Notes under the pieces: model-generated
What the model was told of the DNA's origin: nothing
What the model saw: only the letters and a program-made list of their open reading frames with translations
Databases searched by the model: none
In this document: piece by piece, positions 24,155-36,900 of the stretch
Position numbering within the stretch: position 1 is the first letter of the stretch
Layout: every line of letters starts with the position of its first letter
Program-made: the position numbers and the translations under genes
Assembly (NCBI GenBank): GCA_900617105.1
Contig: UYFQ01000083.1
Coordinates: 62,001 to 126,000, forward strand
DNA: 64,000 nucleotides
Source of the DNA: Hydrurus foetidus
Taxonomy: Eukaryota
Direction of reading: 5' to 3'

Positions 24155-26580
24155 ATGGTTTCTTCTTTCACGAGCAGGTTCCGCACTCTGCTCGTTATCT
24201 CTCTTATTCTTGCTGAATCAGCGGATTCGATGAGCCTGTCTAAGTACTCTTTCCGCCAGGCCATAAACTTTCCCGGCTTGAAGAAAGCGGTGCAAGCGAT
24301 ATTTAAACCATCTCTGCTGATTCCCCAACTCAGTGTAAATAGTGTAAATGATCTCGATTTCATAGAGATGAAACGGAATGGCATCAACTGTATTGTATTT
24401 GATAAAGACAATACACTCAGGTAGAATCTAGGAAGTAAGGGCACTGGATTAAGTTTCAATGACTTAAGCCACCGTAGTTTTTGATCTTCAATGACTTTGA
24501 CAGAAGACTAAATTGCAATGGAGAAAAGCATCAACTGAATGATGATCACACTGCGTTACTTATCATTCGTAAACTTATCTATTATTCAGCCACACGTATG
24601 TCGATGAGCTACACCCCTCCCTCGTAGTCAAAGTGAATTCCGTTAAAGCCACATTTCCTAGGTATTTTTTACGCTCGTTCTTACTGCTGTTTGATTGTAT
24701 GAAGTGAATCTCAATCGACGCGTTACATCTCATATGAGAGGTCTAATATATTTCATGCTTCGTCATTTTGGTCGGCATGTTTTGAGATTAATATTCTTTT
24801 GAAAAGCTTGTTCTGTAGGAAATAATTGTTGATAATACAGAGTGAAGCAATCCTGCACTTTGGTTGACTAACCCGTCTCTTTAGAGAACGTAATAAGTGT
24901 TGCCACACATAATTGATTATATTGTTCGACTTTAAAACTATTATTATCATTTTACATAATTATTCTTTGTTTTTGCTTGATCTCATTTATTCACTCTATC
25001 TGACAGAGCTGTGGCTATCCTCTCGAATTCAGTGGGATCCTGTGACGATGTGGAGTACAAATCAGCAATAAAAACGGAGAAAATGATGGAATTACCAGTA
25101 ATTAGACATGTTCAGAAGAAGCCATCTTGTTTGAAAGAGGTATGAAATATTGAGACAAACAGTATCAGCATTATTTTTGTCTCCCATTTATTCGGCAGTT
25201 GTCTTCTCACAGTTCTTTTTGATCACCTCCAAACTCAACTTCTTTTTTCTTATTAAATCTTCCTTTATTTTAATTTTTTTCGTCCTTCTGCTGTGTAATT
25301 ACACTGATTTTTGTTTTAGTATCCATTCCAATTCTAATTTGATTCTGCAACCTTTTACTGGTTTCACTCCCTTCTGGCAGGTTCTGAATCATTTCGAAGG
25401 AGTATTAGAACGGCCCGTATCTCCCTCGGAAATATGCATGATAGGTAAGTGAGGGCGAAAGGGAAGGGGAGAGGGATGTGTGATAGGTTAGTGAGTGAGA
25501 AAGAGAGGGAGAGAGAGAGTGGGAATTATGCGTGACAGGTTAATGAGAAAGAGAGTAAGAGTGAAATAAGGATATGTCTTAAAAGCTGTGCAGGGTAGGC
25601 CATCAGTAACTGTGGCAGTTGTGAGAGAAGATTGTGAATGACAAATCAGAGAAAAAGAATAAGAGGATGTTTGACATTTATCAAGACACCCAACCACTCT
25701 TTGATGCTATCACTAAGGTGTAATCTGACATTATGATCTACGTTATTTTTTGGAGAATTTCGAAATAGATGGACACGCTTAATCTGTACACATCTCGCAC
25801 AATAGTCTCTTTTACTCTTACTGCCAGAACCTCATCTCTACTGTTAAATGATTTTATAAACACTATCTATTACAAGAAAATTCATTCACAACTAAATAGT
25901 TGATTGAGTTATATCAGAAATATATGAGTGCAAAATATCGTACCTTTTCAAGTAATTTAACAGTTGGCATTATGTGTGTTTCAATTCAACTCATTTCGTA
26001 CAACAAACATATCACATCACAGGCGACAGAGTGTTGACTGACGTAGTGTTCGCGAATCAATACGGTATGCTGTCCGTACTAGTCTCTCCTCTCAGTCTGG
26101 TCAAGGACCATCCCATCGCTGTCATCATACGGTACACCAGTCTACCACAGCTCATACTGTTTATTTGTCTACCATTTCACTGCATTAGAGTTGTACACGT
26201 AGCCCCATCAAATATCTGACCTCGGACTATTTATTCATCTTCATTGTTTTCACAGACCCAACAATGTTTGTTACCTCCACGATAAATTCATGTATGTCTT
26301 GATCGGAATCGCTCAGCGTATGAGTATTTTCAAAATTTAAAGAGTAACGCGCAGTATGACATATTTCCACACACACATTGAATATAATACTGTTAACTTC
26401 AATATCAATACTTATCTCTAAATGATTACTTTATTAATTACACACAGATTTCTAGAAACGAAATTGCTCCTACCTTTACTTCGAATAATTGGAATTAAAG
26501 CGAGAAAAATGTACAGTGGAATTGATGCAAAGAAGTCCACTGTCCATGAATTAGATGGTAATTCAGATAAAAAGAAGTAA
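24155..26580 (+). CDS. HAD-superfamily IIIA phosphatase, phosphatidylglycerophosphatase (GEP4/PGPP1/YqeG-like), multi-exon
   Basis: Motif I IVFDKDNTL, motif II ILSNSVGS, motif III RHVQKKP, motif IV ICMIGDRVLTDVVFANQYG. Exons ~24155-24421, 24590-24661, 25007-25139, 25381-25444, 26023-26131, 26448-26580. Confidence 0.88.
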
Positions 26581-27108
26581 ATTGTATCATTGAATATTTT
26601 ATTTGTAAATTTTTAAAACATTATTTTTCATTGTAAGTAAGCACGTACTCATGTACTATTTTACATACTCGAATTTAGTGCGCCATAATAGACATCAGCA
26701 CTTTTCAGGGAACAAGCTATGCAATACTGACATACCCGAAAAAGATTGGGAACAGAAAAAACAAGAATTGTGGAGAAAGCTCATTGATGAAAATCGGAAG
26801 ATTAATAATTATTTTTTAGTCACTTTGTGTCAGGGTTGAGGTAGAGCTGTGATGCGGATTAGATGCTATTTCATCCGATTTGATGCTCGATAATTATGAT
26901 CCCTCATTTGGTTCCACTACATTACTTGAGATTATCACACCACACAAATCATAGATTCTCATTCTGCTACACCACTGGCAGTGTGTTTCATAAGTCAAAA
27001 TTAAAATAAAAAGTTTTTTCATCGTTATTTCTATTATTTAAGAATGTCACAATTTTTCAAGTATTCAATAGTGTAGACTGAAGATCACATAATCATTTAC
27101 GATTATTT

Positions 27109-30100
27109 TCATTTTTTATTGGTGTTCTGACCCATCAATGCAATTAAAATAACGTCAAGTTTGGAATTGATGTTATTTAAGCTTTTTTGCTGTTCTGACA
27201 TCAAGGACTCCATAGTGTCCAAACGTTCCTGACGTACGGAATAAAATGAAATGAAAAACAAATGAGATATTATCCAAGAACAATTAAAAATGATACAAAT
27301 TACAATTTGTATTAAATTAAGAACAGTTAAAACACTGTAAGATGACAATAAAAAAATAAAAGAAATTGTAGAGAAATAAATTGTATTAAGACAATTACAT
27401 ATTATAAAAAGATAATTATCATTTAAGACACGTAATGATAGTACAACAAAAAAATGGAAATTTTTTATGAATAAATAAAGTAACAAGCAAGTCCTGACTG
27501 TGATTAAATTAGCATCGCAATTCATCTCACCGTAATCAAATCTTGTTTTTTCATAATTGCATCGATTAATGATCGACTCATAACTTCTTTCTCTATATCT
27601 GATAAATCTTTACATTTTTCTAAAGGAGAAAATATCTCCGTGTGCGGTGACATTTTTAGTTTTACAGAATTGGTATTGCACTCACTCAGTGGTTCTGAGG
27701 ACCTTGGATCGTCCATTCCAGAAGTATCAACTGGACCAATTACACTTAATTTAGTCGGGTATTCTGCGGTGTTTTGATCATTTCTATTTGTTTTTATGCA
27801 AGGAGCGATAAGCGGATCTAATAAGATTCGAGGAGGGAGCTTGAGGGATACGAGAAATGTTGCACAGTCGACAGTGACGGATGACGATGCCTAAAAGACC
27901 AAAAGAATAGAATCGAATAGAATCGAAGAGATCAGAAGAACATTAATTATTGGAATATAGTGGAATGTGCGAGAAGATACCGTACAGGAATAAAAATAGG
28001 ATGGATGGAAGAGAGAAGAAGAGAACAGAACAGAACAGAATGATGGCTTAAAAAAGGGTAGTCCTAAAAAATGGTTAGTCTTGCATATTATGTATGAACA
28101 TAACATAATTACTAGATGAGAAAATGAGAGAACGAATATACAGACAGATTGACATAATAAGAATACTGAAACAAAAGTGGAACAACATCATCTCCTTCAT
28201 TCAAACATGTTCAAACACAATATCCCACACATTAGTGCAGTAGAACGTTCCAATAAACAATTCACACGCACTTACCAGTGGTGCCGGTGCACTTCTTTTC
28301 AATTTCAAAGCGGAAGACACGAATATCTGATCGCCATTTTTTGAAAATTTCAGTCCTTTGCAAAGCTGAAAAATAAGAGATAATAAATAATAAATAATAT
28401 ATTTGAACTATGAATGTATGGGGAGAGGGAAGGGTGAAGGGAAGGGTTTACTTTTGCATTTAAGAGTGCAGTAAAAATACGGAATACAAAATATTTGCAG
28501 TTGATTGACAGCCTTTCCCCACTCCACCCTAATCAATTCCAAAGTAGAAGAAATTGTGAAAGTAACAACTTACAGTGGATCATGTACAGATAAAATCATG
28601 TAATAATCTCTACGAAATACAACCGTGCGCTAAGTAATGTACTGCTATCAACTAACAATATGAATGGAAAAATGAGGCATCTTAGTCTGCTCTGCTGAAG
28701 TCATACATGTGTACGTGTGCGATAACGTACCTGCTGAGCGGGTAGTAAGTACTGAGCCGTCACACTTACTGTGTGGTTTGTTCCAATAGGACAGACATAC
28801 ACAGAGTATACAGTGACACGGCCGGATAGAGTGCTGGATACGGCTAAATAGCCCGTCAGATTTCGGCTATTCAAGGTGCAGGTAGATGACGATGATGATG
28901 AAGGAAGAGGTGGTGGAGGTGAAGAATGGGGAGGATAAGAAGTTGAAGAAGTAGAAGAAGACGAACAAGAAAAAGAAGGGGTAGAAGATGAGAAGGAGTG
29001 ATATGCGATAAGGTCAGGATAGGAGAGGAAAGGATCTGTCAGGGGTATCGTGATAATTTGTATGACAGGCATTCCTATGTCCTTGCTATTGCTATCAGTA
29101 GATGCTGCTTTGCCGACATTAGATGCCGCATTTTCACTATCAGATGAATTGAAGCTACTATTAGATGCAGTATGATCATTATTAGATGCATTATTCCCAT
29201 TATTACGATGGCTAGTCTGAATGTCAGGTGCTCTAGTGTACGCCAACAAATGCACCTCCACTGCCCCCCACACAGACACAGGATCAAACACATCACTTCC
29301 ATCACGAATACCACTGTTGCTTTGACAGTGAGTACTTCCATGACACGTACGTGCTACATTGTCAACAGAGGGTTGCCGTGACGTACTATCATTTACACCG
29401 TACTGTAATGATTTTAAATCGACAGTACTGCCTGTCATGTACGTAACAGATGTAGTAATTCCAGCAGGGCAGATTTCGTTATCATTGTCCGGTCTCACTT
29501 TTGCATCATCGCTGATTTCTGGAATATTCGTACTGTTCACAATTTTACTGATTTCAATAGCCTTCACTTCTTTCCCTTCTCTTTTTCTTCTTTTTCTTTT
29601 TCCTTTTCTTCTTGTTCTTCATCTAGTTCTAGTCGAAGATTCAGCAGTGAATCAAGGATGCTCTCTTCTCTTCCTTCTATCAAAGATGGGCTCTTATTAG
29701 TGTGAGGTATTGAGAGCATATCTGTATTACCCAATGTGTTTTTATCCGGTATTTTCGACTCGCATTTTAGACTTGAAATTGACGAGGTAGAAAGTGATAA
29801 GAGGGCTGGGGGAGGGGTGGAAGATAATTGATTTGGTTGAAGTGACTGAATTGGTTGATATGGGCGGAGTGGTGGTGCAGAGGGAGACACAATATGTGGT
29901 GCAATGTTTGGCACAATAAGAGGCTGTGCTGTGTGGCTTGTTGGTGTGGGTACGTGCAGTGCATCAAGTATAGAGGACCCGGCTAAAACATGCCGGAAGC
30001 CCCCGGTATACCCAGTATCTCCTGCTAACCATTTAGATGTCTTTATGACGCTTTGCAGGGATTTGATAGAAAGGAGACTGGATGATGTGATGGGATGCTG

Positions 30101-31931
30101 AGAAGTGAGTGATGAGTTATTAAGTGAGGTAGGGTTATTGGACATTAGTGAGGATGTTGTTGATCTTCCTGTGTCTATTGAATAGGAGATAAAAAGAAGA
30201 GAGTCATCATCGCTCATGCACATCGCTCTCACTTCTCTCTTCCTATCTTCTTCTCCTAGTAATGTTGTCTTCTTCTGTATTTTATTCAATATTATTGGTG
30301 TATTTCCTGTCGGAGTTAGTAGGGCTGTCACACATCCTACTGAGTCTCCTACTATAATTAGTTCGTTGCACTTTGACACACATCCAACAGAATATACACC
30401 ATCAATCAAGTTATTTCTCTGTTCTAATATAGTCCTATTTTGCCCGTTAATTGATGGATTGCTAGTTTTATTATTGACTAAAATTTCTGGATTTGACAAA
30501 ATTGTTTGAGTGGTTGGAACTGACTGGTTCAGGATACTTGATGAGGAAAGTGTACGTACAGCACGTGCCGTTTGTACGTTATTAACTTTAAGAGTTGAAA
30601 ATGCATATAATCCTATCGAATCAGCATCGTTGAAACTCCCATCCCTTATTCCCACACTATCTTCTTTATCATCTTTTGCTGTATAACTTGATGCATGTGC
30701 TGGAATCGTTTCATTTCTTTTGGTGTGTACACTTTTAGTTCCTCTGTCATGACTCTCAAAAAATAAATTCGAAATTTCTATTCCCATAGACCGATCTCGC
30801 AGAACCACTTTCAAGGGATTACAAGTAGCTGAGAACACGATGATAGTAGGTATAGTAGAATTGTGCCATGCGATTGATTTAATCGTGAATGATTTGTTGT
30901 TAAATGGGACAGAGTTGTTGAATTTTTTGTCGCTATTATTGAGTTGAGCCTTATATTTGTTTTTGTCACATACGTCATCTTTTCGACAATCAGAACCAGC
31001 CGTTTCACTTTTATCAGAAGGAGCGCTATTAATATTACTGAAATTGTTATTATTGCAGTCAGCATGAACGCTGTTTGATGAATTTAATGGCAGAGCAGAA
31101 ATAGAAATAGATCCATTCGAAGGCAGAGAGAAGTCGTACCGTAATTCAGGTCGCGACACCACTCTGCTAGGGTTCTGTTTATCTTTGCATTCTATACCTC
31201 TACTACTGTACTCCTTTACATCATTATTGTTTACTCCAAGAAGTTTATTTTCGGATTCGTCAGTGTTGAGTTTGGCTCCAAATGAATTGATGCAATTTCC
31301 TATTAATTGATCGTCCCCATCTCCAAATGATCTCCTATCAAATTTAGCCATATCACAACTAATGATAGTAGAGGGAATATTCCATATCATTATTCTGTTC
31401 AGGTACGCTACAGCCAACAGTCTTCCTCCTCCAACTCTACTCGGACTCCATGAAATGTCGCGAACATTCTCGTTGCCGCGAAGAATCCCAGCACAAGGAG
31501 CAAGGAGAGAAAGTTTATATAAAGGAGAAGTTGACCATCTTTTAGTATCGCTGCCATTGTTAGCCATTACCGACAATTGGCGACCGGGAAACATGTCATA
31601 ACTGACAGCGTCATTCAAACTATAAATCCCAATAAATTTCCGATTTGCAGCAGCAAGATACCGCTCATCACATGAAATTCCACCTTTAAAATGATGAACG
31701 CATAGTATTTATTACTTGAGTTAGATCGTCAACCATTGATTTCTAGATGGTGAGGTGATGGGTATGCTATGACGATTCTGGCAGAACGAACTGATGAAGT
31801 AATTACATGGCCTTTAAGGTACAACACGACTAGTCAAATGTTGACAACAAATGATAGGCAAGGTTGACGCAACCTTCGAGGCTGTTTGGCCCAGAGTTTC
31901 TTACAGCAGCTGCTTCAGATAAGCATTTCAT
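27109..31931 (-). CDS. WDCP: WD-repeat and coiled-coil protein, WDCP (C2orf44)-like, with long low-complexity inserts; 1-nt frameshift near 29570
   Basis: ENVRDISWSP..RLLAVAYLNRIMIWNI, IKSIAWHNSTIPTIIVFS, FLSYPDLIAY, LAVSSTLSGRVTVYSV, QQ-LCKGLKF and a C-terminal coiled coil (ERLDTMESLMSEQQKSLNNINSKLDVIL) occur in the same order as the conserved WDCP blocks as I recall them. The 5' micro-exons and ATG at 31931 are tentative. Confidence 0.55.
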
Positions 31932-32156
31932 GATGCATCAACGTTTGAAACTGCAGAAGAAAATCCAAACATTCAATTCGATGGAAATACTAGTCCAGCT
32001 GGCCGAGCCCATCTTTCTATACTCGACATCTGCTACATTCTGTTGAAAGATTTTTGATCCTCAAGTCATCAGACAAACTCACTTTGTGCTCGATATCGGT
32101 GGCAAATAAAGCTGGGTAGTGGATAGGTGAGATCAATCGATCTGAGATGCCACATG

Positions 32157-35100
32157 CAGGGTCTGCAAGATCAGCGGCGCACGTCCACACCCAAACGCCG
32201 ATAATTAAATAAACTCTGTCATCGGTTGCACGAAGTGGCCACTACACACCATTCATAGCACAATGATAGATACACCGAGCGCCACGAGCAATCGCCAACC
32301 CAACCTCGTCGACCAAATCAGGCATGGCGGATTTACTGGTGCCATTAATTTTAATGTTATCTCTTTCCGAAATCGTGGAGATTGCCAAAAACAAGGGAGG
32401 TCGTCAGTGTGAAATCAATTTCGATGTCCATCTCATCGAATATGAGCTTTCCCGGCCTGAGGTTAGCATGTCTATAGCTCGTAAACATGTTTCGAGAATT
32501 GTCTTTAGACATGGAACTTCAATTGGTGACCGAAAATGATCAAGTTTTGACTGCTCATCATGTCAATCGCAGGTTACAAGATGGGCTGTTGCAAGAAAAG
32601 TCCATTTCAATCACTGGAAGGATTCTGTTTCGTATCAGCTTACTTTCAGTGGATGTAGTCTCATTGCACGCAGTTGCACACAGTAGAGGAATAGTCATGT
32701 CAGCTCTTCAGTTGGTGGCGTCTCATAAGTCGGCGGTGGCTCCCGAGTAGGAAACAGAAATTAGATAGCCCACGCTCGTTAGAAATGAATATCAGAATTT
32801 TCAGGCGCCTCTAAAATGAGTTGGGAAACGACAGATATGCTAGGGGTATCATCAACTTGGAGCGAACGTCGTAAAGGTAGGAGAATCATTCTGAGAATTA
32901 TAGTGTCGACTTTGCGGTATTACGGTAGTGTCTTCAAAATTGCACCAACTAAATTCAGCATTCATCATAGCATACATCACGCTGATTCCACATTCAAACT
33001 TAATCTTAAAGTGTCTATACTTGCTTTGCATATGGCATAATATTTGACTGTTTGCCGCATTATCTCCTCACTTCGAACAGTATACTTGATGATGAAACGG
33101 TCACTATTTGAATCCTCTTTATCTGGAAAGTATATGTTTGTCACAGGCATTTTTATTTCCTTTGTCTTGACTGGTACCTTATACTCACTATTATCCTTGT
33201 CACAGCATTCCATCAATCTCAATGTTACACACCAGATACCTCTGTTCACAGTTATTTTGTTATCGGATCCATCTATTTTACAGTCATATACGTAGTCTTT
33301 CGTTAGTTGCTTCGCTGTCTTCGTTACCACAGCTAATTTAAATAGCTCTTCATTTTCTTGTACATTCTCTATCATAATTGCGACTATTGTTTGCTCGCTG
33401 TTTTCTGGTGCAAATCTTTCCTTGAAGAAAGTAACCCTCTCCAATATATCTCCAACAGCAGGTGTCTTCCTTGCCGGTGCTTCCGTGTATGGCAATCGCT
33501 TAACGGACTCGCTTTTCAGTACTCCTGTCGTAGATTGGTAGGAACATTTGTCGTATTGTCCTGTCATGCAGTCGCTGCAGAAACATGAGTGTTGCCTGCT
33601 GTACAATTTTGCTACGTTGTTCTCAGCTCTTCCTATAAGACAGAATAATCCCTTTATCCCTTTCACCATTGTTGCATCCCAACGCCCTTTCATGCAATCT
33701 GTGATGATGACGTCACCTGCAGCCTTAGCTCTGTCTCTCATTTCTTGTGTTGCATTCACTGTATCTATTAGGAATCGATGATGCCGTCCTGTGATAGTCA
33801 TTAGGCGTCTCGTAGAGTCCACAAGAGGTGCTGGTTCAAGTGGATATTTCGAGGTAAATAATTTGAATAAGTCGTACGTTGTCGGACAACGTGTCCCTTC
33901 CACTTCATTCTTTTCCAGTGTTCTGTAGGTAGACTTCACCAAATCACCCTGTCCATCAACCATAGTTTTAAAAGATGCTGTTGGTGCATAATTGTGTGTG
34001 ACAGTCATGTCATGTTCCATCGCTAGCTCAGCTATGAAATACGCGTTTCGCCTGCTTTTATATTGCTCTGCGCAGCCGTCGGTGAATATGTTCATCTGTT
34101 CGATATCGAGATATGTGTAGTGCTGTAAGAGATGTCTCATTACTATGCTGTGGTAGTAGCTGTTAGCCTCCAGTACCCCCCCTTGAGCAGACCAACAATG
34201 CCAAACGTCATTCATTTGCACTCTCTTTGTCACATTCCCAACAGTTATAACACTCGGGCTGTAACTGGCGAGGACAACGCACTGGTTGGAATGACACGGC
34301 ACTGCAGTGTTCAATCGATCTTGGACATCATGATCAAGCACAGCAGAGAAATCTGTCATGATATTCAGCGTTCCCTCCTTGTAAGTATTAATGCACATCT
34401 GTCTTGCATGTGTGTTCCATCGTATGTTCCACTCATGCGGAATAGCTGCAATTGCACATTCTATCAAATGCTGAATCAATTCCTCACCATTCATTGACAC
34501 CTCTACTATTTCAAGTTGCATTCCTCTTGAGCGACCAGGAATGTTTTCGTATTTTCGCACATTTACTTGAAAATTTATATTTCTTTCTGAGTTACACATA
34601 TTGATCTCATTGAAGAATTTTCGAATACCGCATTTTTCGCATTCTTGATAAGCACATTTCTTTTCATGACACGTGAACAAACCTCCCCAGCTTACTAATG
34701 CAATATGCTTTTTCTGTCTTGTGGGTCCCTCTCGATGACTGTTGCGATTTTCATTAATTTCACCCTTTATTTTTTTAATATTTTCTTTTTCATTAGAAGC
34801 CTTAATGTTATTATCTTCTTGTTCTTTTATACTTATAGATTGTCCATCTAAGCTTGATAGAGTGGGGTACTCTATTTGAGGACATGAAATTGCGTCTGCA
34901 AAAGCCGCCAACGATGTAGGACAGGTAAGATAGTTCTCGTTCCTATGTGCATTGCAGCCACACCTTTTTATCGCATCAGATATACCATGTAGACGTCTTA
35001 AATTGCCTAATGCTTTCAGTGCATTTATCAAACTTACCTGCACATGATTAGCACAGTCTCTCTGTTTTTGGTCGAGGCAACACGGACAGAATGCGTTCGT

Positions 35101-36900
35101 AAATGACCGATATTTTATTGTTGGAAATTTTACTTCCCCTTTTTCATTTCTTTTTTTATTTTCATTTTGCCATACTGCATACATTTCTGATTTTTCAAAC
35201 ATTTTATAATATTCTTTTAGGGATTGATTTCTTATGTGAACGGGATGATATTGAAAAGAACCATCATAATTATGTACTTGAATCTTCTGACTACTGTTGA
35301 ATGTGTCCATTCTGCATGTTGCATGGCAGAAATCTCGAACAACTTCGAGATTGAGTTTGTCTTCCCTTACTTTTCTTTTCTTGTAATTTAGATTCTCGTT
35401 GAAAACGTTTGTCTTTTTTACTTGATTTATTTTTTGTCTCGCAGTATCTTGCGTAGATATTGTCTCATCAGATATTTCATTAAAATCGTGAGAAATTTCA
35501 GACTGAAGATCGTCTGAGCTGCTCGAGGATAGGCAATCACTTCTCTTAATTATATTTGATTCTGCACTTATTTTTTCTTTAACTCTAATATTTGATTTTA
35601 ACTTCGTTGCTTCATTTTGAACCAGCAAATCAAACTCTTTACGCCTCTCTTTCGCTCGTGCGATTCTTTTCCTAGCCATTCCAAGACATGCAGCGATTTC
35701 AGTGGTGCTGCAATTTAATGCAGCGAGAGATGTTAATACGACATCAATCGTTGCTTGTGTATTCAAAAAGTTACCCCCGTACAGTTGCAGCCCTTGTAAG
35801 TACTGTTTCGCTGTATCAACTATACCATTCTCTGAGTTATTCTCATATTCCTCTATATTGTATCTTTTTCTTATGGCCCTTAATGAGGATTCTACTATTT
35901 TTTTCTTATTGCTCTCATTATTGCTACTCTCCATATTTAAGTCAATTACCTCGATGAGTTTGGCTGTAAGTGTTTTTGATGCGATTTCAGCAGTTCGAGT
36001 AGACTTAAAATCTTTTTTACCAAGACCTCTTTCACCTTGTTTCTTTTTCCTTTTCTCGCCAACATTTTCCTCTATTTCAATATCTACTTCAATTTTCTTC
36101 TCTTCCATAAAAGATAACGGCACAAATGATTGTAAGGTCCTAGTCTCATCTGGTACACAGATGACTACTTTCCTAGTTTTGTAGGAACTTTGGCCTGCAA
36201 TTGTGAAGTTTCCTATCGTCATCATGCTTTCAAATTGATGTGGCTTTGACTTCCTAAATGCCATAAGACAGTTGTATATGTCTATATTCATCCCAAACTC
36301 TTCTCCTTCGCTCTGTAAGTATATTGGTATGGTTCTCGATTGTGAAGCAATTCGATTCCGAAATTTCATACTTAAGTCTTCCTCCGCTTCAACGACTGCT
36401 TCAGCGACAGATTTTAGAAACTGATCGAAGAGCTGTAGCCCCTCTTTTACAGTCATAGCTGGCATCGCTGGCAATGCAGCAGGCTCATCATTTGAACAAT
36501 CCATAGCGCCCCAGAAAGTGGAATTTGATCAGTAAGAATGACCTTTTTAAATTAGTTGGCATGATGGAAACATCTTCAAATATGCTCTATGAGACATGGG
36601 AAATCTAATCTCATTCCAACTCATTCGGTACTCTATGATATAAAGGATTAAGCTGTCTTCAACTTGGCAAGTTTCGACTGTAAAGGTTTCATACAATTCA
36701 CACAATCAAATTTACTGAAAATTAGAGCCGCCGCTGTACTTGCCATGACTCAATTGTTCAGGAGGCCACAGAAGAGCTTTCAGAGTGTTGCGCTCGATTT
36801 GCTAGTTGCAACTGAACAGTGTCACTGAGTGTCGTGATGTGATCATATTGGCGGCGGGTCTTTTCGGTTAAAAAATGCGCCGCTGATCTTGCAGACCCTG
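32157..36900. mobile_element. Full-length autonomous-type DNA transposon, Sola2-like, 4744 bp
   Basis: Perfect 25-bp TIRs cagggtctgcaagatcagcggcgca (32157-32181; reverse complement 36876-36900); CATG on both outer sides (32153-32156, 36901-36904); encloses one intronless 1175-aa transposase ORF. Confidence 0.9.
32977..36504 (-). CDS. DDD-type transposase (Sola2-like), 1175 aa
   Basis: Motifs IMTDFSAVL, IFTDGCAEQYKSR, YAPTASFKTMVDGQGDLVK; Cys clusters CPCC..CANH, CAYQECEKCG, SCFCSDCMTGQYDKC; uninterrupted ORF between TIRs. Confidence 0.85.
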   Translation of the reverse strand: MDCSNDEPAALPAMPAMTVKEGLQLFDQFLKSVAEAVVEAEEDLSMKFRNRIASQSRTIPIYLQSEGEEFGMNIDIYNCLMAFRKSKPHQFESMMTIGNFTIAGQSSYKTRKVVICVPDETRTLQSFVPLSFMEEKKIEVDIEIEENVGEKRKKKQGERGLGKKDFKSTRTAEIASKTLTAKLIEVIDLNMESSNNESNKKKIVESSLRAIRKRYNIEEYENNSENGIVDTAKQYLQGLQLYGGNFLNTQATIDVVLTSLAALNCSTTEIAACLGMARKRIARAKERRKEFDLLVQNEATKLKSNIRVKEKISAESNIIKRSDCLSSSSSDDLQSEISHDFNEISDETISTQDTARQKINQVKKTNVFNENLNYKKRKVREDKLNLEVVRDFCHATCRMDTFNSSQKIQVHNYDGSFQYHPVHIRNQSLKEYYKMFEKSEMYAVWQNENKKRNEKGEVKFPTIKYRSFTNAFCPCCLDQKQRDCANHVQVSLINALKALGNLRRLHGISDAIKRCGCNAHRNENYLTCPTSLAAFADAISCPQIEYPTLSSLDGQSISIKEQEDNNIKASNEKENIKKIKGEINENRNSHREGPTRQKKHIALVSWGGLFTCHEKKCAYQECEKCGIRKFFNEINMCNSERNINFQVNVRKYENIPGRSRGMQLEIVEVSMNGEELIQHLIECAIAAIPHEWNIRWNTHARQMCINTYKEGTLNIMTDFSAVLDHDVQDRLNTAVPCHSNQCVVLASYSPSVITVGNVTKRVQMNDVWHCWSAQGGVLEANSYYHSIVMRHLLQHYTYLDIEQMNIFTDGCAEQYKSRRNAYFIAELAMEHDMTVTHNYAPTASFKTMVDGQGDLVKSTYRTLEKNEVEGTRCPTTYDLFKLFTSKYPLEPAPLVDSTRRLMTITGRHHRFLIDTVNATQEMRDRAKAAGDVIITDCMKGRWDATMVKGIKGLFCLIGRAENNVAKLYSRQHSCFCSDCMTGQYDKCSYQSTTGVLKSESVKRLPYTEAPARKTPAVGDILERVTFFKERFAPENSEQTIVAIMIENVQENEELFKLAVVTKTAKQLTKDYVYDCKIDGSDNKITVNRGIWCVTLRLMECCDKDNSEYKVPVKTKEIKMPVTNIYFPDKEDSNSDRFIIKYTVRSEEIMRQTVKYYAICKASIDTLRLSLNVESA

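Noticed and set aside
32182..32976. Short + strand ORFs inside the transposon as a second (cargo) gene
   Set aside because: Under 90 aa, no recognisable motif, no convincing splice structure
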